Positions 38,258 through 49,429 of a stretch of DNA of 64,000 bases are shown here, piece by piece. The notes beneath the pieces are model-generated. The model ran no database searches. It had not been told where the DNA came from and saw only the letters and a list, made by a program, of their open reading frames with translations. The stretch comes from Tubulanus polymorphus (Eukaryota > Animalia > Nemertea). The translations under genes and the position numbers were made by a program. Position 1 is the first letter of the stretch. Every line of letters begins with the position of its first letter. Where the stretch lies: contig NC_134033.1 in the NCBI RefSeq assembly GCF_964204645.1, positions 9,494,655 to 9,558,654 of the forward strand, given 5' to 3'.

Positions 38258-39290
38258 CTAGGGGTCCAGGGACACCATGCCCACTTGGGAAAATGGTTTC
38301 AAATGCTCAACAATCTAACAATTTCAATATTCAACGCCCCCTGATGACCATTTACAAAAACCAACGACCTTGAAACTCACCAAAATCATAGAACATGTCA
38401 GCAGCTACGATTTTGTAATTGATTGTGATAACAAAATATGCCTCGTTACCAATTTAATATGGAAATACTAAGTCATTCTACTATTCAACGCCCCATGGTG
38501 ACCATATTCAAAACCCAATGACCTCGAAACTCACCACAATCATAGAACATGTCATGAGCTACAACTTTCCAATTGATTGTGGTTACAAAATATGCATAGG
38601 TACGAATATAATATAGAAATGCTAAGATATTGTATTATTCAACGCCCCCTGGTGGCCATATACGAAATCCAATTACCTTGAAACTCACCACAATCATAGA
38701 ACACGTTATGAGCTACAACTTTCTAATTGATTGTGGTATCAAATTACGCTTAGGTATCAATATAATGTGGAAAAACTTTTTCCCACTTACGAATGAGTAC
38801 TGGTGACACCAAGATGGCCGCCAATTGCGTCATAATTGGCTGATGAAAAATACCTGTCTGAGGTATAAAACATCCCTTTCCAATGAATACCCATCACAAA
38901 TTGCAATGAGAAATGTTAAACCAGTAGGAAACTACAGGACTCAGAATTTGGGCAAAAAATTAACATTTTTGGGCACTAAAAAGGTCATAGGACGGCCATC
39001 TTGAGTCCGACCGACCCAATTTTTGAAAGTTCAAAAATATGTAAAAAGTGCTGATTTTGGCGAACAACAATGGCTGCCAGTCAGCCATCTTGATTCTGAC
39101 AGGGCCAGTTTTTGGGCTGAAGATGTGTCTAGGGTAGATACACGTGTAACCCAAATATCAAGACGTTACCTTGAAGCGTCTTCAAAACTTTCCAAAATAA
39201 CTGGATTCCGTCTACGGACAGACGAACGGACGGACGACGGACGAAAAGTGAACGCAATAGCCCGCTGGGACTAAAGTCCCAAGTGGGCTA
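38258..39290 (-). mobile_element. HINE family 1, complete, three ~155-bp repeats
   Basis: Subterminal IR gcccacttggga/tcccaagtgggc, adjacent hairpin, (ggac)n microsatellite, inserted in an A/T run without TSD. Confidence 0.8.
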
Positions 39291-39495
39291 AAAAGAAAAA
39301 AAAAAAGAAAAAATTTCAATTTTTTTTACCTTTCGTTGACCTTGAGATATTGACCCTCATAATGACCCCGGGACTCGAAAACTTTTCCCCATGACCAACA
39401 ACAGCCTTAGCTTGGACAAACAAGAGAGTAATAGCCAATTTCTGCCTGATTTCTAATTATCCTTGTCTAATTACTGTAAAAAAACGGCCAATTTA

Positions 39496-40121
39496 CCGTA
39501 TTTTCCGGCCAATAAGCCGATTTTCTAGCCTCAGATTTTTACCCAAAATATCGTGATCGGCTTATTGGGCGGATACAATGACATAAAAAAACACTTCCTG
39601 ATCTATGCCACTCTAATGCTCTCAATGATCGTCAAAATCAAGAAAAGTGGTCGATATTTATTTGAGGTCATTATTTACTACCAATTATAATCTATTTTGA
39701 ACTATTTTATTTTCACTTTGATTGTTCCATCACCGCACAGCGGCAATGGTATACATTTATATAACGCGCGAGTTCATCGTACTACCACGTGTCAGTTCAT
39801 AGATTAGTATATATGCAAATCAGCAGTGAGCCGTGTACTGCGTGTATGGCTGTGTGTATAGTAATCAGCTGAGTGAGTAGTCTATATATAGCACAGTCAC
39901 TCGGCGATGATAGTATACACAGCACTCTCACACATCGGCGGGCGCTACTGTCAGCCTCTTAAATCGTCAATTAAGACGAACTAATTGACAAATCAGTGAA
40001 TTAAAATCTCTGATGAAGGGCCTCGGCTTATTGGGTGAAGCTTTATGAAATCCATGTATTTTAGGCTAAAAAACTGCCCTCGGCTTATTGGCGGAGTCGG
40101 CTTATTGGCCGGAAAATACGG
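39496..40121. mobile_element. Tc1/mariner-pogo-type MITE
   Basis: TA|CCGTATTTTCCGGCCAATAAGCCGA ... TCGGCTTATTGGCCGGAAAATACGG|TA. Confidence 0.92.
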
Positions 40122-40478
40122 TAGTACATGCGACCTTTGGGTGACCTCCTTCTGGGGTCCCCCATCGAACCGCAGATGAAAAAAAATTTCTGAAATGTAG
40201 CTTCTTAGATAGAGTAAGTTGTCCTGAAACAGAAAATATATAGTTTTACTATGTCCCATTTAGTGTAAAGCCCTCAGAAATGGAATATGATGGTATGCTG
40301 AAAATGGTTAAATAAAAATCAGCAAAATCTGAGGGTTTGAAAATAAAAAAATTCGCATGGAAAGAGTTTTAAAATATGAATAGAATCGAAAGGATTGCAA
40401 ATACTGTGCGATTGTGCTATTCAGAAATACCGCACAGTTCTAGCCGTTTAGCACTTACACAAGAAAATAGGCGGTAAA

Positions 40479-41083
40479 AGTGCAGATCCGCACCTCTCGT
40501 GATTGACGCAATCTACTGAATTACAAATCACTGTTCTAACTTCAGAATGTCTCACAGAATCCAATGCAGTGATTTATTTTCTCTTCTAGAAAGCAGATTT
40601 TTGGCCCGGTTTTTATCTCAGAATCGTGACTATCTTTCGATAGGACGCCATATTGGATTAGGAAATCTAAAGTGAAGATTTGTCTTAAGTTATTACTGAA
40701 ACGATGTGAGGGTAATCAGTACATAAAACTAATCAAATTTTTGTCAACTGTCACTGGGGTTATTAATGCTAACCAAATTTCAAGATATCATCGTTGAAAT
40801 AGACAAGAAATTTATATTTTTCTTCCTCAAAATGAGTGGGTCATGAAACATTTTTTCAGCAAACATTCTAAACAAATCTTCACTTTAGATTGACCCATAC
40901 AATATGGTGTCCAGTTGAAAAATCGTGACGATCTCGAGAAAAATTCCAGGCTAAAATGTACTTTCTAGTGTAGATACCATAAAATAAACCAGTGTACTGA
41001 ATTGCTGATGACATTTTGGGTCTGAATCAGTGATATTTAATGTAATTGATGGAACCATTTTTACGAGATGTGCATATCTGCAC
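40479..41083. mobile_element. Old fold-back element with long degenerate TIRs
   Basis: agtgcagat..atctgcact ends; aatctaaagtgaagatttgt inverted as acaaatcttcactttagatt. Confidence 0.65.
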
Positions 41084-41138
41084 TAGGCCTACCGACGAAG
41101 CTGCCTGCGGTAGGCCTAATACAAATCTCTTTCTCATC

Positions 41139-41545
41139 AGGCGCTTTTACGAAATTGAATCTGATTCGGTTTAGCTAAATCCGATTCGATGTCGGAAAAC
41201 AATAGGATTAGTAAATCGAATCGTTTTTCGTAAATGAGTGGAATCAATTTATCAATTTAAAGGTCGCGATTCAAAAGAAAATGGGCGTCAATAGTGACCG
41301 AACTATTGATAGATGATGGTCTGCGATAGATATCTTAAGCCCACGGTCGAGGAGGACGCCATGTTGGATTTCACTGACTAAATCGCCACTAACTTGCTCG
41401 CCGAGCAAGTTAGTCGATTTAATAAATCAATTTACTAAACCGCGTCCATAAACGAGTTGATTTACCAAATCCGATTCACTAAACCGCGTACCGTAAACGT
41501 GAAACTTAAATCGATTTACAAAGATTCAGTTTCGTAAAAGCGCCT
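41139..41545. mobile_element. MITE (Harbinger-like ends)
   Basis: aggcgcttttacgaaattgaatc ... gattcagtttcgtaaaagcgcct. Confidence 0.75.
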
Positions 41546-41613
41546 ATTATGGGTTGAACAGTACAAACCCGACATCACTTCGATGTAGGCCTACAGAGCT
41601 ACCCTTCAGTACA

Positions 41614-43089
41614 CAGTCAGGAACACTTTCCAAAAACGGCAGATTCTGCCAATTTCGGCGTTTTCCGCCAATAACGGCGGAATCAGCCATTTATGGATTA
41701 CTCAGTTTTAAACTGCTTCTGCCAATTTAGCCGAAATCGGCGTTTTCTGCCATCTTTGGCTTGTTCTTAAAAAACGCCATTTCCGCGGTTTTCAGCTGTT
41801 ACAGTTTTTAAACTACATCGCCAGAAACGCGTTTTAGCTTAGATAGTTTTACAGGTGCTATTTATAGTGCTTAGTTCGATGGGAGTCCCTACTATGACAT
41901 CATCGCTTTTCTGCTGGCATACATTTGTATATTTGCGCCGAAAAATCAATCTCATTGATCCATTCCAGGCTTCAAGAAAGAATTAAATATAAATGTATGG
42001 GTTTCCGATGGCAAATGTATTTGAATTCTGTTCTTTCTGTATACCTGTATTCTATGTAATAAATATATACATACATGTATCCCAAATTGTTTCGAAAATG
42101 TTTGTTTTATTTGGAAATGAATCTAGATACAGCTGTATTGATTTTGAGTGTTGTAACGTCATCGGCCACCAATTCATTCAATCACTACCCATCACAAGTC
42201 CAATTAGCTGGGAGGCATCGAAGATGTTAATTACCTTCAATTAACCAACATCATATGCAGTCCAATATAGGCCTATCCCTCAACCATTCTATGCTTTATT
42301 AGGCAAGATAAGACCATGGGCAAAACTTAAAACTAGATTTTTGATACACTAGTTTATACATGATCCATGATTGATTTGTCTTATGAGAATGATAATTATA
42401 ATAATAATTTTATTTTTATTATATAATATTTACACATCCGTTCACCTCAGCAAATTAATTATTTTATTCCGAAAAAAAGTACCGTGTAGACACTAGGGAA
42501 AACGTCTAAGCGGGTGGGGGAATCCTCTTATATAATAAGTGGACTGCCAATAATGGCTTAGGCCTAATAGGCCTAGTTTATGATTATAAAACAAGCTACG
42601 CCAAAAACGGCGGAATACGCCAGAAATGGCGAATGTTTTTATGTGTACCCATGGCAACGTTAAATTGAAAACTTTATAATAGTTTTTAAAACTAGTTCCC
42701 AAATTTATTTCTAACAAAAATCATGATTAATAAACTTGTTTCATGCTGTTGTAGTTTTGAGAGTTTTCCCGGAGTTTTTGGGCTGCATATGACGTAATCA
42801 TTTAGAAAAACGTGAATTTGACCACTTTACCTAGCTCAAAAATTTCCATCCTAGCGTCATATGAAAGCTTATCGTCTGCTCGAGATTATGACGTAATCGG
42901 CAACATGCGCTAATTTGACCGGAAGTGCGCAAAAAACTCGAAACTTAGTGAGCTGAAACTGGCTGATTAAGCCATAAACGACTGTAAAAGTTTCAAAACT
43001 GAGTGATCCATAAACGGCTGATTCTGCCGTTATCGGCGGAAAACGCCGAAATGGCAGAATAAGCCGTTTTTGTGAAGTGTTCCTGACTG
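41614..43089. mobile_element. Non-autonomous DNA transposon with CAG ends and 5-bp TSD (GTACA)
   Basis: gtaca|CAGTCAGGAACACTT ... AAGTGTTCCTGACTG|gtaca; subterminal ggcaga/ctgcc repeats. Confidence 0.85.
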
Positions 43090-44734
43090 GTACACCGAGT
43101 AAAGAATCTGTACCCCGGCAGGCAAAAGGATAGCAAACAAATTCAGTCATATTTTCACATTCATTGGGTCGATATGCAACGCGTATACCCTATTACCGGC
43201 TCCAAGAGTATCTAATACTTACCTTCACAAATGAAATCCTTTATATCAACTGTAATGGTTTGAAATGCCATTCACCGCCAACGGCAAAAGGTAGAAAGTT
43301 TCTAATGTCCGATCGACAGTACCGGTAGCGCCGCTACTTAGCAATAATAAGAACTAATGTTATTGACGATGTTTTGTTAAGTGGAAAGACGCCGAGTACC
43401 AGTATATATCCGATAGGTTCGAATCCCCAATTTCTTCGGAATGATTTGATTTTAAAATAGCGATCGTTTTAATAGATTTGGTGTACCTTATTAAACTTAC
43501 CCACCGTCAACACACCTGCCGGATGTGAAACAGGGGACGTCCCATTCCAATGACGCTAAAGATTTTGTGTTAATTTTATGGTACTGTAACGGCGGTATGA
43601 ATTAAATTCAGCTTAGACTAAGAGAAATATATTTTAAGGCAAACTCTAATGGGCTAACTGCACATCATCGAAAGACTTCTCATCCATCGATACTTGATAA
43701 AAATGAAATAAAACATCTAGTTCCAATTATCTCATGTAAGCATAACATTTATTTTGAAAATCTCAACCTTACATCAAAACATTTTAAAGCCTTCTATATC
43801 AAATGCAATCTTTTGCTAACATAAACAATAGAAAAATGGCCATACCTCTATCATATTAATTATATCACGAATGCTAAATATTGCGATATTAATTGAAATC
43901 GTTCAACCAACAAATGAATTTAGTTAACATAATATCATCACAAACCATTCATATCCTTGGCAAAGGACTTATAAGCTTTTAGAATATCCAAACAGGAAAA
44001 CTTTAGTCTCATTTCTATGCGAGTAGAAATACATTATCATTATAACATCCATATCTTTGCATTATATATAACATCCATATCTGTGCATTATATATATGTT
44101 TATAATGTCATATCTCTTAATAATAATCAATCCAATAATTAGATTAATAATACTAATTTATTTATAAATTCATAATTGATAATTAAACTATCAACTCTGC
44201 TATAATTGAGTTACGCATGAGGTAAAAAAATTATGACATAAAAACTCCTGGCGCTATACGACATTGGACAAAAGAAACTTTCTACCTTTTGCATAATGTA
44301 TATGCCTATGTATAGATTCTCAGTCAACCCGAAATCCATGCATTACATATATTGCATATGTTGGAAATGGCTTCTATCTTCTTATTATGTTTGTACATAG
44401 TTCCATGATTAAAAAAAATTGTGGACGATCCTGCCAAAATCAAACGGGCTTTTAATCTTGAAATGTTTTCGTATAATGCAATATCTTATCTGTGAAGAGT
44501 TTTCTATACATTTTATCGCCGTGAATTCCCAGAAAATGTACCCCTAGTAGAACTCCTGCATTCCATAACAATATGATATCTAACTCAAGATTTAAAATAT
44601 TCAGGTTGTTGAGTACCCCAACATAAACTTAGAAATGTTGTTAAATGTTTATCCATCCATCATGTTATCATTTCCTCATCCTTTCATTGGAGTACTAGCC
44701 TGCTTAGACCTTTTTGATAAATATGTGTCTAGGT

Positions 44735-46105
44735 AACATGGATATGTCGCCAAGATTGGAGAAAATTTATAATGATAAAGAATTAGATTTTTCAAGGTTA
44801 ATTGATGATGATTTTCTGTTTGAATTTTTTGTTTGAAAAATTGTGTCCTTACGTTGAATCATCCGAGCTTGGGCAATATGACTGTATAGGTAGTCTTAAT
44901 GTACTTCATTTGAATATTCATAATTTACCGTCTAAACTAGATGAACTAGAAAATGTAATCAAAAGCTGCCGACAATGCAATTAAGAAATACATGTGATAA
45001 TGTTATGCGAGAAATTTCGAAACGATGTAAATTTTGATCTCTATAATATACCGTAGAATTTTGTAGAACGGCACCGCACTAATCTAATTCGAGAAGGCTC
45101 TATATAAATGATGAAATCGATTTTAAAATTCGAGGTGATCTATCAATTTTTAAAGAAAGGCATTTTGAATCGTGTATCCTCGAAATAAAATGAATAAACT
45201 CTAAAAATATAATACCATTTGAGATCTATAGAATCCCAGGAACAAGTGAAATGGAATTCCTGTCCGACTACAACAACTTGCTTGAAGCTATGTCGAGAAA
45301 ATAAACTTGCTATATTAGGCATGGACCAGAATCTTGACCTAATTAAAATAAATCAGCATAAAAAACTGCGGAATTTTTAAATTCAAATCTTAGTCATAAC
45401 TTATTACCAACTATCATAAGACCTACTAGAGTAACTTCTAAAACAGCACCTTTAATAGATAACATATATATTAGTTCAGAGTTCAATAATTATGAAAGCT
45501 ACATTCTTACTAATCATGTATCTGATCATTTTGCGTGCCTCACTACAATTGATACACAAAAGCATACAACCAAAGTAGTCAATGAACAGTTTTATTATAG
45601 AGATTTATCTGATGCAAATGTCGTTAAAATAAAAAAAAATGTCTAACATAAATTGGAACACTCTGCAAGAATTAAACTGTGAAGCCGGTTATGATTTTGT
45701 TGCCAAAATTTAAAACATTCTGTAGATGAAGTATCTCCTTGCAAACTTAAAACCACTAGAAAACTTAACATTAATGGACCTTGGATGACTAAAGGCCTTT
45801 GTATAGCTTCGCGCACTAAAGATAAAATGTGTTATAAGGTAATAGGACTTGAGAAAACTCACCCACGATTTGTAAACTACTTAAATTATCGGAACAACTT
45901 AAATTATATAAAGCGTAGGGCCAAGAAAACCTACTACGCTGACAAAATTTTATCGTTTGAAAATAATGCAAGAAAGCTGTGGAGTTTTTTGAAAACAGTC
46001 ATAGGTCAGCAAAATGATAAAACATGTGTAACTTCTAGTAATTTCATAATTAAAAGAAAAGTAATGAGTGATCCTGTAGAAATATGTAACTCTAACAGTT
46101 GCATC
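44735..46105 (+). pseudogene. Non-LTR retrotransposon (CR1/L2/Jockey-type) ORF2 relic: APE endonuclease and linker
   Basis: LHLNIHNLPSKLDEL, GMDQNLDL, PTRVTSKTAPLIDNIY, SDHF, PWMTKGL; many disruptions. Confidence 0.85.
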
Positions 46106-46109
46106 GTGG

Positions 46110-46462
46110 ATAATTAAGATGGCAACTCCATTGGTGTTTTTATCGTAGATTACGATAAATTTTATCATTTTTAACACACCAAGGTCAAAGCCCATATTCA
46201 AGTGCCTGTGCCTGGAGACAGTATAATTGTGGATAAAGGGCTTAATGTTGAAGACCTGTTTGTGCCTCAAAATGTTAGTATTAATATTCCATCGTTCTTT
46301 AGCAAGAGAGTGCATGTAGAATGTATCATAGGTTTCGCAAAGACATTTAAGATTTTGACGCAGCCTTTGAACTATACAGAAACGGTGCTGGCAGGAAAAA
46401 TTATAAAAATTTGCTTTTACTTGTGTAATTTTAGACGTTGCATAGCGTCAAGAAATGCCTAA
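46110..46462 (+). pseudogene. ISL2EU/Harbinger-type DDE transposase C-terminal fragment
   Basis: PGDSIIVDKGL, INIPSF, RVHVECIIG..KTFKIL, CFYLCNF. Confidence 0.75.
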
Positions 46463-46551
46463 AACATGTAAAAATGTTTGAAGTAATAAAGTATAAAAAT
46501 GATAATATTCTTTTAAAAAGAAATCTTCTGGATTAGCTTTCAAATGATTTT

Positions 46552-47740
46552 GAGCCCACTTGGGACTTTAGACCCAGCGGGCTATTGCGTTCACTTTTCG
46601 TCCGTCGTCCGTATACGGAATCCAGTTATTTTGGGAAGTTACATGTATCTACCCTAGACACATCCCAAAAACTGGCCCTGTCAGAATCAAGATGGCCGAC
46701 TGGCAGCCATTGTTGTTCGCCAAAATCAGCACTTTTTACACGTTTTTTAACTTTTTGAGGGAAATTTTGAAGCCGCCTTGATCAAAATTACCTTCATCTT
46801 TCGTATATATTTGAACCCCCGAGGGCCCATCAGCATAACAAAAATTGGGTCGATCGGACTCAAGATGGCTGTCCTATGACATTTTAGTGCCCAAAAATGT
46901 AAATTTTGGCCCGAATTCTGAGTCCAGTAGCTTCCTAGTGGTTTGCCATTTCTCATTGCAATTGCTGATGGGTCTTCTTTGGAAAGGGATGTTTTATACC
47001 TGAGACAGGTATTTTTGATCAGCCAATTATGACGCAATTGGCGGCCATCTTGGTGTCATCAGTACTCACTCGTAGGTGGGAAAAGGTTTTTCGACATTAT
47101 ATTGATACCTAAGCATATTTTGTTACCACAATGAATTAGAAAGTTGTAGCTTTATAATGTGTTCTATGATTGTGGTGAGTTTCAAGGTCATTGGTTTTTG
47201 TATATGGCCACCAGGGGCTATGAATAATACAATATCTTAGTATGTCTATATTATATTTGAACCAATGCATATTTTGTTACCACAATCAATTGCAACGCTG
47301 TAGCTCATGACATCTATGATTTTGATGAGTTTTAAGGACATTAGTTATTCTATATGGTCACCAGGGGGCGTTGAATAGTAATATAACTTAGTATTTTCTA
47401 ATTATATTGGTACCGAGGCATATTTAGTTATTATGACCAAGTTGCAGCTCATAACATGTTCAAAGATTGTGGTGAGTTTCGGACATTGGGTTTTGAATAT
47501 GGTCACCAGGGGTGTTGAATAGTAGAATAACTTAGTATTTCCATATTAAATTGGTAACGAGGCATACTTTGTTATCACAATCAATTACAAAATCGTAGCT
47601 GATGACATGTTCTATGATTGTGGTTAGTTTCAAGGTCATTGGATTTTGTATATGGTCACCAGGGTTAAATATTGAAATTGTTAGATTATTGAGCATTTGA
47701 AATCACTTCACAAGTGGGCATGGTGTCACTGGACCCCTAG
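46552..47740 (+). mobile_element. HINE family 1, complete, four ~155-bp repeats
   Basis: gcccacttgggactttagacccagcgggc start, ...ggacccctag|tt end. Confidence 0.8.
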
Positions 47741-48129
47741 TTCAACTTATAATGTTCTGGGAAGTGAGGTTCTTTCTGTGGCCATCCCGCGACGAGTATT
47801 TGTTCTGTTTGTTGTCGTTAAACCCTGAGTGGATACCTTAGGAGTGGTAAAAAAACTGAGTCACTAGCCGTACAGAAAATCGGAACCAGCCGAGTCACTG
47901 CCAGGGGCAAAACTGAGGCACCCTTCACACTTAAACATGCCACCACTCATCACAATCGCTGTCTGTCCAGTGTTGTCGAGATTCGGGAAATCAAGATGTC
48001 GTCTCAGGTCTTCCGTGACGAGTTCTCCTGGAGTTGGTTTAAATGGTAAAAAGGAAAATCAGAAAAACTTGTGCTGCCACCTCTTCCAGTTTAGAATAAA
48101 ACACAATTTTGAAACATTGAATTACATAT

Positions 48130-48381
48130 TTTGAATAATATCTATAGTATAATTTTTCAACCACAATGGGTCTGAAATATGAAATAAAGAACGCGTCTAG
48201 TTTTCCACACATAGTTTTAATAAATTCCGGTTCTCTTTTAACGACTATCATTTGCAAGTCTTTGAATGTATATATCACACAAAATAGCAGATTTCAGCCT
48301 GGGTGCACATCAGCTGTCCTTGATAGTAGTAATCATTGTTTTTTTTTAAGTTGGAGTTCTCCATTAACAAGCGCAAGGTAA
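48130..48381 (-). pseudogene. YqaJ-like exonuclease C-terminal fragment (second gene of ISL2EU-type elements)
   Basis: VIYTFKDL..IVVKREPEFIKTMCGKLDAFF..YF.P; convergent with the DDE fragment at 46110-46462. Confidence 0.5.
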
Positions 48382-48967
48382 AGGCTGAATTATGTCGACA
48401 AGCAACGCGACGCCTACCGATTCCTACCGACGCAACTGAGAGCAACCGCGATCGTAGCCCAGCTTATGTCGACTGCGCTCCGATTCGCAGCAACTGAGGC
48501 CGACTAGCGGGATATGAGATCCTCCCAGTTGCTTCCCTGCTTATGTCGGTTGCGATTACTAGCAACTGCAACGGCTCAAATGGTCACGTGATAAGCATTT
48601 TGAGAATAAATTTGAATTATTAGGAAATATATTTCTATTAGAAAAGCTATTTCTTTAAGACTTTGATCTTTCTGATTCTGTTTTGAATACAACGTGCTAG
48701 CGACATCTATAAAGATGGCCGCTCACACCATAATTCTACCAATTTCGTTTCTAGATCTTCGGTCCAGTCCTCTGCCGTGCTGAAGGTTTGGTTTACGTTT
48801 TGAACTACTTGGATTTGAAAGTTTATGACTAATTACGAATGACGCTAACTAGTGGTGATAATTTGTACTATGTATATGCGGTCTCTCATTGGCTGGAACC
48901 CCTGCGCTCAGTTCCGTCGCGTCGCAGATGAGCTTATGTCGGCTGCGATCGAAAGCAACTGCCCGCC

Positions 48968-49155
48968 AGTAATAGGGATAACAGGCTTTCATACCAAAGG
49001 TCGAAGGGTCGAGCTCGTAAAAAATTAAAATAATAATAATTTACAGTTGAATTAGTAGCGCACACTCCTAATTCAACTGTAAATTATTGTTATTTTCATT
49101 TTTTACTCACTCGCCCCTTCAACCTTTGATATGAAAGCCTATTATCCCTATTACT
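48968..49155. repeat. 188-bp near-perfect palindrome at the left end of Polinton copy D
   Basis: AGTAATAGGGATAACAGGCTTTCATACCAAAGG ... CCTTTGATATGAAAGCCTATTATCCCTATTACT; inner stem aataatttacagttgaattag/ctaattcaactgtaaattatt. Confidence 0.92.
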
Positions 49156-49429
49156 CTTAAAATATTCATATATATGAATAAAATATAAATGAATAACATA
49201 TATAAGTAACGAGTAATTAACAAGCTCTTATAGAATAGATATATAGATAGATATATTTACAACATTATTTCAATATTCATATTTGTATAAGTTAGATTTT
49301 TAAACATTAAAAGTGTTAGTAAAGTGTGATTGAAATAATGCATAGCTGTTTATACTAGAACATGATTCTATTTGAGCCTATATATCATTGAACTTCTAAA
49401 ATCAATTAAAAAAAAAAATTAGTATTAAA

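Noticed and set aside
40285-40312. ggtatgctgaaaatggttaa as the right TIR of the second piggyBac
   Set aside because: Poor complementarity to CCCGTGCGTACC; end left unresolved
47941-47956. caccactcatcaca resembling the Polinton upstream motif
   Set aside because: Isolated partial match with no T-run, TAAATG or viral gene
48973-48990. TAGGGATAACAGG matches the first 13 nt of the I-SceI site
   Set aside because: The remainder differs (CTTTC vs GTAAT) and the sequence is part of the terminal palindrome; treated as coincidence, not a vector trace or the intein target
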